Assembly: GCA_964199315.1 (NCBI GenBank)
Contig: OZ116699.1
Location: forward strand, 24,428,001-24,492,000
Reading direction: 5' to 3'
Length of the DNA: 64,000 bases
From: Orbicella franksi
Taxonomy: Eukaryota
The first letter of the stretch is position 1, and every line of letters starts with the position of its first letter. Below the pieces are notes generated by a model. The model searched no databases. It was given only the letters and a program-made list of their open reading frames with translations, and was not told the origin of the DNA. This document shows positions 35,335 to 47,127 of the stretch, piece after piece. A program made the translations under genes and the position numbers.

Positions 35335-36133
35335 CTGTAATAATAGAAGTTGGAAAAGACCAAGAAAGAAAGAAAAAAGACAAAGGAATAATAAAACAAA
35401 CTTGGAAAGAAACACCTCACCTACGATGCGAATTAAAATGAATCACTTTTAGAGCCATATTTTTATTCATTGATATTCATAACTTTTTTATATTCAAGTG
35501 CGTCGTTTTAATCTTCATTACGTGCTATTTAATTTCACCATGATGAGTATTTAAAAGTGCGTTTAATTACCTGCTTTTAAAATAGTCATTCCACTTTTTA
35601 ATTTATCGTTTTTGCAATATACGGAACTACCTTTTAATGCTTTGTACTCTCGAGCAAATACTTGAGCAAATAACGGCAATTGACACGACAAAAGTATGCC
35701 CCATAAAACTTTATTTTTATTGGAAATTGTAATTTATTCTAAATTATTTTAAATGTCTTATCTTAAATCTACAATTTTAACAATCTACGTAGTCCAATAG
35801 TTCTCTTATTTGTTTTCTTTATTGTTATTAAATTCCACATCAGCATGTTGTCGCAGTGTTTTCAAGGGCATCCTGCAAGGAAGTATACAAAGAACGTTAA
35901 TATACTGATATGAAGTTATTTCATTATCAACGCGCCCTTTCAAAAGCTCTTATTACTATTTTATCTAATGTTCTACTTAGATTTGTTGGTACTATGCCAC
36001 GTTCTTTCCCGTGATAGTACAAAATAAGTTGATCCAAAACAGAGCTCTGATATCCACATCCATATCACGATGCTCAGGTGAAAGATTTACAGCGCTTATT
36101 CGTGGGAGAGCTAGACAATGCCACTCACCGTCT

Positions 36134-36926
36134 TCAGAAGTAATAATAAGGGGAGTATGTGTCCAATGGGACCCCATAGTATACTGGTACAAGAGGATTG
36201 AAGACATAAGGGAACGGCTGAATACTCGTGATGGCTTGCGGAACAAAGCATCGCTTGCTGCAATCACCTGGCGAGAGAAAATTTTGTTTTCGCTTAATGT
36301 AAAGGTGGTTTATTGATTTTTTAATCCTTTTTTCTTGCGTATCCAAATATCAACTTTACTGAAATTCTCAAGGATTGCATAAAATGAGCTATCTACTGAT
36401 CGATTGGGAAAATATAACTTGGCTCGAGGTCTCGACGTACACTGAGAGCGAGCGCCATGATGAGGGTTATAATATTCCAAGAGAATTAATTCAAGTAGTA
36501 GAAAGGTAAGAACTCTTTCAGACCAGGGTTGTTTGTTATTTGCTAATACTTTACCTCCACGTTTTCTGCAACAGTGACAGCAGTGGCAGCAACCGTGGCA
36601 GCAACCGTGGCAACAGCCATGACAACATTCTTGGCATTCCTTGGGGACTGCTTTGGGCTTCAAGGGCTTCAATTTAAACTCAGGAACTTTGCATTCACAG
36701 CAGCATGGCCACATACATGGCCACTGGCAAAAACCTTTTTTAGGTGGCTTCTTGCAGCATTGGCAACATGGATTGTCGACGCATGCTCCAAATGTGACTG
36801 GGAATGTCATTGAATCGCCACAACCACAGCAGCCGCATCCACAGCCTCCACAACAGTGATGGCAAATATGCGGGCATCCAAAGCCACAGCAACAATTGTG
36901 GCATCCACAAAATCCTGAACGCCGAG
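36134..36926 (-). CDS. Gene E: Cys/His-rich protein with WPCMWP module and Tyr/Pro tail (5' exons unresolved)
   Basis: Exon 36926-36555 (372 nt, phase 1-1; ARRSGFCGC...WPCMWPCCC...CCHGCCHGCCHGCCHCCHCCRKR). Terminal exon 36267-36134 (GDCSKRCFVPQ...PYYYF*). Confidence 0.8.
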
Positions 36927-39527
36927 CTATTGCAGGAAGATTAGGTAGCAAATTAGTGATAAATCTTTATATGCTACGAGCAAAAGTTCGAAAGGAAAGA
37001 AGTGCATAACCAGGTCAGCTTCGTACAAAGAATTACCATCTGCTATCAGATGTATAGCAGACTTATCCACAATACGAATAAAGAAGGGGATATTTCTTGT
37101 TGACGAAGCTGCCCTGTCTATGGTTTTGCCAAAGTAGAAGAAAGCAACCGAAAATGTGAATGGGCAGATCGCAACAAAATACTCACCAGCGTTAAAGAAG
37201 AGAAGCTGGCGAGTAGCAACCAGAGTCAGCGGTCTTCGATACAAGCGAGTTTTCTGAGTTGAGGTATTTCTCTTCCTACCTCCAGCAATGAATGATGAGG
37301 ACACATGTAAGCGACTGAAATATTTGCGCTCTAAGCACTGCTCACTCTTTGTGGTGTTACTAATCCGCATCGCAAAAGTGCTAAAAAACGCTTAAATATA
37401 GAAAATCCGGTTCAATTCCTAAATGCTTTGACTAAACGTAGGCAGGGCAGCTTTCGACAGCTTGTATTCGATTTAAAGCTCATTTGCTGTAATGTGATAA
37501 AATATTATGAGGTAGCCCTCTTGAGAAGATATCGAACGAGCATAATTTATTTTTACCTCCAGTTTAGTAATATTCGTCAATTTGTGCAATGACTGCGCCG
37601 AAAACTTTTATTTAAAACAACATAACCTAGGCACAGGACCAATACACTGTGAAATGATTATTTCGAGTTACTGGACATGACCAAGAACGTACATTTTTAA
37701 GTCATATGCCAGAGATTGCATCCAAATTTTAGCACATCTAATTCTATATCGCATTTCTCGAAATGATACGCGAAGATTATCTTTAAGCGAAAGAAGAATA
37801 AAAAGACCGTTGGCCTATCTAAAATGGTAGAAATCGGTCAGTACTCGCACTTTTTTTATAAGCGGATCTTGGCGCCTCTGCCCATATCATTTAATAACAT
37901 TTTCCACGAAAGAAAGAGCACGAAACTCGTTTTTAAACTTTCTGACGATCGAGAGAGGAAACCTTGTTTCATTTTCACGCTGACTGAGAAAGTAATTTAT
38001 TATGAACGAGAAGCGCTCGTGATCGACGAAACCACGTTTTTTACGTTTTTAACTTTGTAGACCCTTCTTACCCCCCTTCTGTCCTTCTTTTTTACATGAG
38101 GTAATTTCATTTAAACTTCAAAACGTAACAAAGTATAAAACGTGCAATAAAAAAGGCGTCCGGTGCGTTCGTCTGTGGCTGAATCTCAAATATTTCACTT
38201 CTTTTTGCTGACCAGGAGGAGTTTAGCTTTCTTTCCGCGAATTGAACAGTTTGAATTGACGTTCAAGCGTCTGAACTCGTAGCGGGAAACAATAATGGTA
38301 CTATAGAAATCAATGATCTTTCATATATTCTCTTGCAATTATGGTACTGTAGCGGTTTTTCTTAGTTTGCAGGATTACAAGCTAATAATTAAATTGAATT
38401 CTGTCAGAAACCATTATTATTTTCTATCCAATAAAAGGAGAGCTTAGTTAGATGAGACGTGCTTGAAATATATAAATGCTTAAGTCCATTTATTTAGGCA
38501 TTTAAGGGAAACAGCATCAGTTTAATTAATTATTAAGATGAAGTAAAGGGGTAAGAACAGTAGACACCACAAAGTTGATTTCTTTTATTTTCTAACATGC
38601 TGTCATGCAATATACTTGGTGTTCGACTGATAATGGCGTGGTGCAAAAATGTGTTCCAAAAGCAGTTTCTTTATTGGTACGTTTCTTTTGAGAATCCATG
38701 AAAACGCCGTCCTTTTGTCATTGATTGGTATCATTTTCTCATTTTGGCAATTTTTGTATTGTTACATTTTGTATCTTTTTACAAGGAAAATTACTTTGAG
38801 ACATATTGTCTCATGCTAGGAAGCGACGAAACAGGGCGTGCCTCTTGAAACAGCCCTCCGCAAGGAGATGACATTTTGCGTATAGTCATAGGACCTGAAA
38901 AAGTTAGAAAAAATTGTCAATTCAAATGATATCGGTTTAATGTTAAACAATCTTTTAAAATAAATAACGGAAATAAGATGTCCTCCATCTCTAAGGAAAA
39001 AATGTCCTCACTCGGACACGACAAGCCATTTCCAAAAATTCACAGCACTACGTTTGTCTAATTTGACAAAAAGTAAGTGTTGTTTATGGAAATGGAAGAA
39101 AGGATATATGTTTGTTAGCTCGAGCTCGCTTTGCAAATTTGATACTTTCCCTTAAAAAAATCCAAAATTCTAGACCCTACTGAATTCATTAGCTGCGTGG
39201 TTACAGTCTTTTTTTCAGAGGACGTTTTCTCTCGCTATGACAAGGTCAACCCAAAATGCATTCCTTCCTTCCTCATCGTTAAGTCAGACGGTCGACCTTA
39301 TAAAAACCTGAGATGCCTCAATTTTTTTTTTTTTTTTTTTTTGCTTTCGTCTCCGTAAGGTTTTTTGTTGTGTTTTCGTTGATTAAGACTTAAACTAACG
39401 CTGGCTCAAAACCATGACTCCGTTCAACCAAGGCTTAATTCACCTGGTCCATAAAAATTGTTCAGTTACTATCATTATCACTTTGCCTAACTAGTCCAGT
39501 GACGTAAAACAGAAAAACTGTACTCAC

Positions 39528-42281
39528 CTAGTAGAATGGTAAAGGGCCAAAGCCATGTCCATATCCTCCATATCCTCCATATCCTCCATATCCACCGAAA
39601 GGTCCGTATCCAAATGGTCCGTATCCACCGAAAGGTCCATAACCACCGAAACCATACGGACCAAAACCGCCGTAACCGTATCCAAAGCCATCACCGAATC
39701 CACCGCACCCGCAACGCTTTTCCACATCACCTCTCTTTAATGGACCTGCAAAGTGTAATAGATTGAATTGTGATTATCTGTAGTAAGTATATGCACTTCT
39801 CATTTTCACTTGCATTCATTTAAGGACACTTCTAGTTCCACGATAAATGTATTAAGATAAGCAAATATTTGCACCAGAAACATTTGCCTCACAGCTGTTT
39901 TTTGCGGCGAGTATGTGAACTGTTTGATCTGGATTTTTGACAAGATTGTTTCATTAGAAAGGTTTTAAAGTATGTATGTATCAATGGTAAGAATGAGTCA
40001 TGTGATTATGTCAAGAGAAACCCTAAGACTTAAAGGTAATTAAATGTCAAGTAAAACTGAACAACAGCTCGTCACAAAAATCCGAGTGACTAAACTTACG
40101 TATTGACTGAGGCTAATGACTAAGGACCTTCCCCCCTCAATAAATGGTTTCATCTTTAATAAAGCATAATAAAATGAGGAAAGGTAAATTGAAATCCGAG
40201 TGACTAAAATCAGTTATCTTAAACAGAAGTTTTCTTCCAGAACTTCGAATTCAAAGGAAGGACTTTACAAACTAACAGCAAAGATGTCAACTAACCTGCG
40301 CTCTTCTTTCCGCCGCAGCATCCATGGCAGTGTGGACAGTGGCACATCGGTTTGGGCTTGATTGGTGTGAATTTAAACTTAGGCGGGTCACATTCGCAGC
40401 AGCAGGGCCACATGCAAGGCCACTGACATTTGCCTTTCGGTGGCTTTTTCTGACAGCATTCGCAGCACGGATTGTTAACACATGCACCGAACGTGACGGG
40501 GAAGTTCAGATGCGGACAGCAACCGCATCCGCAGCCTCCGCAGCAATGGGGGCATTCAAAGCCGCCACAGCAGTTACCACAGCCGCAGCCTTCACCTGGT
40601 TCACCCCAGCAACCACAACAGCTACGTTTATCTTGGACTGTTCATGCAAGTAGTATCATGCAGCATGCAAAAATATAACATGCAAATTTATAAAGTTAGT
40701 CCATGCAAAATTTGCTGTTTTAAATATAATTTTCTATCCAGCTGCGACGCTGAAATTTAGCACAAAACTTTCATTTTTGATATGAGGGCTCTTTCTTCGG
40801 ACGTGTTTGCTGGGCGTATCAATTACACAGGGGGAGAAAATAATGACGACTTGGATTATCAATACAATTAGCTAGTTCCGTATGCGACGAACTACATGTA
40901 GGCATACGTTTCGATCCAGACATAAACATTTTAGAAACTTCAGTTAATCTTTCAAATGAGGTTACCCCTTTTTTAAAGCCACGATAAACGTGCCTTCTTA
41001 AGAACTTTGCAGTGTTAAAAGATTTCAGCTCGTGAATTATTCTTTTGTTCAAAACTCTAACCATTCAATTTCACTTTCAAATAAGAAACAAGGATCTTTT
41101 GATATTTCATAGTGAAGAAGTTTTGATCAGGAAATACAATATTTAGCCTTAACGTAAATAAAACACGTTTAAAAAATAAGTTCATCTCTTCTATATTGAT
41201 TAGTGCAGGTGGTTATCGACCTGTAATCTTTGAACGCTTCATTAAACAACAAGAAATTCCTTTTAACCCTTAAACTCCTAAACATCTGGTTACCTTTCAG
41301 CGCTCTGGTAATTTTAAGTCTTTGCTAAAGAAAGTCAAGACTTGATTTGTTTTGCCTCCTAAAATTCGAAGACACAACCGAATTGCAAAGCGCCAAAGTC
41401 CGATAAAATATTAATGATTTGGTCTTTGCGATTACGATTTTCCCTGAAACATTGTATTTAGAAGTCGAATATCCCGTTTAAAATGCTACGACCTCTAGAT
41501 ATTTATTAATTTTACGCTAAGAGAAATTTTCCGAGGATATTCATTAAGCGGGTCATTTATTACATACCTCGTAAAGAGCTAAACTGGCAATTCTTGTTTG
41601 GCCAGTTTCTCAACTTACCCCCTTAAGACTCAACATATATTTAATACATGGCTGTAAACAATGTTAAGATAGAAACAAATCATTATTTAAGACGAAAATG
41701 AATCTACCTTGTGCACTCTTGGAAGGCTTTTTGCTATCATCAACGGATCGCTTCTCGGGTTTGTCCTTTTCTTTGTCTGAATCGTCTATCACCACTCCTT
41801 TGATTTTTCCATTGCCGCTTCCCTGAAGCACGAGATGATCGGAGTCAAGATCTACACTTTCTTCCCCAGATGACTCTTGATCATTCTGTTGGTCGTTGAG
41901 ATCAGGTTCCTCCTCTTTGTCTTCCTCCTCATCTTCTTCCTTGTCTTCCTTCTTCTCATCGTCATCCTTCTTTTCCTCATCCTCCTTCTTTTCTTCGTCT
42001 TCCTTTTTCTCTTCACCTTCCTTCTCGTCTTCGTCGTCGTTTTTCACATCATCTTCTTTTTTCTCTTCATCAGATTTTTCTTCCTCCTTATCCGCCTCTT
42101 CTTCCTCATCATCTTTGGCCTTTTCATCGTCACTGGCCTCTTCACTTTTCTCCTTGGCCTCCATTACGTCCATAACATTTTCATTTTCTATCTTGTAAGA
42201 GGAGGCCACAGGAACGGCTGATGTTTGATAGACGACAACAAATAATGTGAAAACTACCAATAACAAGGTAGTTTTCATCAT
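39528..42281 (-). CDS. Gene G: 377-aa secreted precursor with acidic D/E/K block, Cys module and GGYG/GPF block
   Basis: Exons 42281-41708 (574 nt), 40637-40296 (342 nt) and 39745-39528 (218 nt) join in frame (1134 nt). Signal peptide MMKTTLLLVVFTLFVVVYQTSA; KR sites lie at the block borders. Confidence 0.82.
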
Positions 42282-44828
42282 CTTTCGCTGCTGTGTTTTT
42301 CTAAACCTTAGGCGCAACAAATAGAGGTATCGTAAACAACAACAATGTAACTAACTATCTTCGCCTCGATATATTGTCTCATAAACTGCAATTCCCGTAA
42401 AATGACTTGAAATTAGGTAAGATTTGAAATATTTACTACATGAATTTTGGTTGGCTAGGGTGTTCTATTGTGTGATTACTTCTTCTTTAATTCTATTGGA
42501 TGACAGGTCATTTACAAATTAGGTGACACCTCATTGTTTCCAAATTCGGAAACAAGGTCAAATTTCCGGTTGGTCACTTCTGTTAAACTTTGTCCAGTCT
42601 TTGCAGGCAAAGAGAGCCTAGAGTTTGAACTTACTTTTCTTTATTGTGCGCGGTTGAGAAAAAAAAAACATCAAATCTCAGCGTCCAGTACAATTTTGTT
42701 TACAAGTCACCCTTTTCCAATCGATACTTCTCATTAATTTTGCAAAACTCTCTTTTCTTGTCAATTCAAGCTTATAACAAGACGCGTGAATGCACCACCA
42801 ACTGCCAGCGTTTAGTTAGAAGAGGCTTTGATTTATCGCTTTGTGTCGAAAATTAATGAACTGTAGCAATTTTACTACAAAGATGGTTCAGAAAATTAAC
42901 AAACAGTGCTCGGTTAAAAATGGAGGCAGACTGCTGAATTACGAAAACCTTTTTTGAAATTACGGGAATAGTAATAATTTTATTCTTCTCGACGAAGAAG
43001 GCAAAATGTCGACGCAGGAAAAGATAAAACAACTGACAGGTTAAATGCATACCAGAGGTCGAAAGGGCATTTCTGCAAGAAATTGAAATACACCAATAGT
43101 TGAAAATACATGTAACATCGAGACACAGTTTTCCTTGAAAGGGAAGGTCAAAGGAATGTTTGTTGTGTGAATTAGTGGCTATATTTTATCCACACGTTTT
43201 AAGATAAACACATAAACAAACAAATCAACAGGAGTGTTTAAATTTAGTTGGAAGACAAGCAAAGCAATCAAAATCCATATTGCGTTCAAAATCAGTGCTG
43301 AGTCGTAAGAAAGAAAACTCATGAAAAAACTGAGACCCAACAGAGAATTTTATTTTGCATATGCATCGCAGTCGGGTAGGCGGATTTCACCGAGCCCAGA
43401 TACCAAATAATATACTGATCGGGCTGACCATTTGATAACAGATAATCCTCCCTTTGTCTGTTTAGTTCACATCTCAATTTAGGTGTTCATCAAGAAAACA
43501 TCACCCCGCTGAAAATCTTTGTAAAATAGGTTTCGCCGCAAGTGAAACTTTGCTAAGGCGAACGAGTAATCAGTCCCTGGTATCCTGTTGACAAACATTT
43601 CTGTCATAGTACCCAGGCTGTGAGGGAAATTGGAAAAATAAGGTTTTCCAGTTGATGAAATTAACCAAATTTTGTTCTTTTGCAGTGTAAAGGCCATTGT
43701 TAATCATAGAAGTATAAACTTCCTCTATCATATTGAAGCGTAGAAAGACAGAATGACCCTTGTTCTCGCCTGGGTAATGCTGGTACCGGTAGGAACAATT
43801 ACCGTAGCAACACCTGTTATGAACAGGCCTCATTAACTGTTTTTAGATACTGTTAATTAGAACGTTTCTCTCTTTTCACTTCTACTACAAAGCATTTGGC
43901 ACTGAAAATGCGCAGCAATAGTTTCCCAGTCTGTATAGCGAAAATAATTTTGCAATGTCTTTATAATGACTATTGAAGAAAAATACTTGGAAAGTATGAG
44001 CAATTGTATTACTCACACTTCTAAATTAGTTTAACAGTAATCATTTGTTGTTTGATTTTTGTGGAGCTGACGTAGAATCGTGGAATACGTTGCAAAGAAA
44101 AATGCAAATGAGCTGCATTTTGAAAACCGAAAACTACAGAATTGTAAATCACGACACCTACACCACAAGAGTCCAAAGGGTATTTCCCTCATATTTCTGA
44201 GCATGCGCTTTAATGTCTATTGTCAATTTCTGTAGTTGTTGACAGCCCTAAATGATGTTTTGACCCAAACAGGTCAGCGCTTATCGCGCCCATGTGCTAA
44301 TATTCGTCTGGTTTGAACCTCTCTTCTCCCAGCATTTGTGCAAATTCTCAAATTTGCTGAGTATCACGTAAGGGTTGCAAAACTTTAACTTCTAAGTTAC
44401 GTCTGATGGAAAGAAGTTAACTTTGGGCTCAACAATTTTACTTTTGTTTCTTTTGAAAGGAAATTATTTACAGACGTGAAGCTTTGTAAGAGCAGTTGTC
44501 AGTGTTTTTCCGAGTCTAGGATCGAAGTTGGGTTATCTTTGTCGTGAAGGTGGTATATACTCGTGGTTCATTACCAAGTTAGTAACAAAGCTCACATTGC
44601 CTTTTATCTAAAACGGTAGCTTACGAACATTTCTTTAGCAACTTCAGTAAGAGAAAGACGTTATTATGACAACAATTCAAATATTTATTTTGAACTGACA
44701 CTTCCACTACACATGGTCAATGTTACTTTCATCATAATATTGTGGCAATGACAGGGTTTTCTCGAGAGTCATTTTATTAATAAGTGAATTAGGCCGGTAA
44801 CGACATCGTTTCACTGGAATTTTCGTTT

Positions 44829-46114
44829 TTAATGATGCTGTGGCTTCACGTGCGCACCAGCGATAAGTGGGTCCACCGCATTTGGTGCTTGTGCCGAGGA
44901 CTCCGACTTCTTACAGCAGCAGTGGCAGCAGCAGGGGCAGCAATGGCAACAGTGGCAGCAGCATGGGCAACAACACTCGTGACAGCAACAGCAGCACGGC
45001 TCACAGCAGTGACAGCAGCAACAGCATGGCTCGCAACAGTGGCAGCAGCAGTCATGGCAGCAGTCACAACAGCAACATTTCTTGGATCCCTTTCCCCTTC
45101 TCCCCCCTTGCGGCTGACTGCCGTCTGCTTGCTGCATTATGGGTGCAACTGCCAAGATACCTGGGTTATCTGTCTCTTGGGATACAGCTGCGCGTCCTGA
45201 CTTGGAGCGTGGACTGCAATTGCAGTCGCATCGCTTAGTGCTGTTTCTGTGACTATCATTCTTTTCTGTGTCATCAGCATTCTTGCACTGACATTGCTCA
45301 GACTTGACACCTTTCTCCGTTTTACTCGCTGACGGACAATCGCAGCTCTTTTTGTCGTCGCTCTGACATTTTTTCATATCCTGCTTGGAACAATCGCAGT
45401 TTTCTTGTTGTATCCTCTGTTGTTCGTCTGCTGGTATTTCACAGGTGCATTTATTTGCATCTGCCTCCTTCTGTTCGTCTACAGCAAAAAATTATTCAAA
45501 TTAAGCGCACTTACTGACGAACTGTTTACAGATTAGGTCGTTTGATTATTACCAGTAAGTCTTTGTCGGACATGTTGGTCTTCTTTGTCATTAACACATG
45601 CCAGTTCTTGACCCAATATATCATATATTAATTACTTAAAAACAATGGGTTTTTTTGTGACCAAATTTTGTAAGAGATCAAGAAAACTTGAAAAGGCGTG
45701 AAACGGACGTTAGCTTAAAAATAAACATTTCCTTTTTCCATTATAATAGCGCTTTTAAGTTTATCTCAGTGGATTGCCCACCTCTTCTAGTTTGAAGTTG
45801 TTTGTTTGCTTGATATTGGTATACAATTTTTCTGCACTGTCTACACTGTCTGTCTTATTTTTGTTTTTAAATTAGCGCAATTAGAAAAAATAACACCTTT
45901 AAAACAACATCAAAACATTAATCATTGCGAGTAATCAGTTGATGAAGCCGAAGTTTTTTCAACAAAGACAAACTCGAATAATTCGTAAACAAATTCGTTT
46001 CACTCCCGCTGTGACGAAAGAAATCTTACCATGCTTCGATTTGATTGATTTTGCTCCCACCAGTAAAGAAACACAGCTTAGCAAAGCAAGCCAAACAAGC
46101 AATGTCGCCTTCAT
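44829..46114 (-). CDS. Gene H: 262-aa secreted protein with CxC spacers and a very dense Cys/His tail
   Basis: Exons 46114-46030, 45606-45553 and 45478-44829 (789 nt in frame). Signal MKATLLVWLALLSCVSLLVGA; the tail has 39 Cys in 55 aa. Confidence 0.82.
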
Positions 46115-47127
46115 AGTGACAACCAACACAACACTGAGTAAAACTGAGTCGGCCAATTGAGGTATTGCCTATATGATGTAATTTGCTCTTAAATGATCAA
46201 TTGAACTGGTGACCTGTTGTTCATATGTGACTGAAATTTGCCCGTCAACACATTGTTTTACCAAGGTAATAACCTTACATGTCTTTAAACTGGATCTCTG
46301 TTTAATATGGAGTAAATACAGCTTATTATTAAGGTTCTCAGAAAATAATTTTGAGTTATGAGTAGTATATTTTCGCTGCTTCTACAACCAGTTAGGGTGT
46401 TTCAATTTACGAAATACCTGATGGCTTGTCAACCGCCTCATGATCACCTCTGTCACCTCCGGGGAATCCACTTAAACTCAAGGATTACCTCTTACCGGCA
46501 CTGGCCATTCAATTATATGAGGTTTGGTAATTGAAGAAAGACACAGACTGCGTTGAAAGCCGGTCGTCATTTAACCTTACTAACCAATTAAATATTTGTT
46601 TCTATGTGAGCTCTTGTGCGGGTGGTATTAAATGTCTACGAATTGACGTGGCAGATATATCATGTTATTTTTTTCAATACACCTGGGGTAATTACGTTTG
46701 TTTTTAGCAGCCTCCTAAAACCTTCAAAGTTTCGTTATTTTCGAGGGGTCACTACTCTCCGATAACCACAACTCATGACAAATCGAGCAATGCATAAAGT
46801 CCTCTGCAAACATGTTGACTAAACGAGGCATTTCATCAGTTTTCGTGCAATGGAAATTTTATCTGAATATTTCTTCGCGTCGCAAATTATACTTGTCTAT
46901 CTGCTGTGAATAGAAGTTTCTTTTTCCATCTTTTTTGTTGGATTAGAGGAAAAGAAAACAAAATTAGAGGTTTTATGCTGCCTGCTGTAAACGTCTTTCT
47001 CAAACTCTATTAAAGGCACTGGGCGTGTCAGTCCGGTGGCCAATGCACGCCCTTTCTACGCCTGCCTTGTGTGCCACCGAAAACGACAAGCAATTAAGAG
47101 CGAATTTTTCTAATTAGCAAACATAGC

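Noticed and set aside
36927-37370. 147-aa ORF as first exon of gene E
   Set aside because: It has a strong donor near 37190 but no signal-peptide character, so it is left unresolved.
41877-42221. Very hydrophobic Phe/Leu ORF resembling a membrane protein
   Set aside because: It is antisense to the GAA/GAT/AAG codons of gene G's acidic exon.
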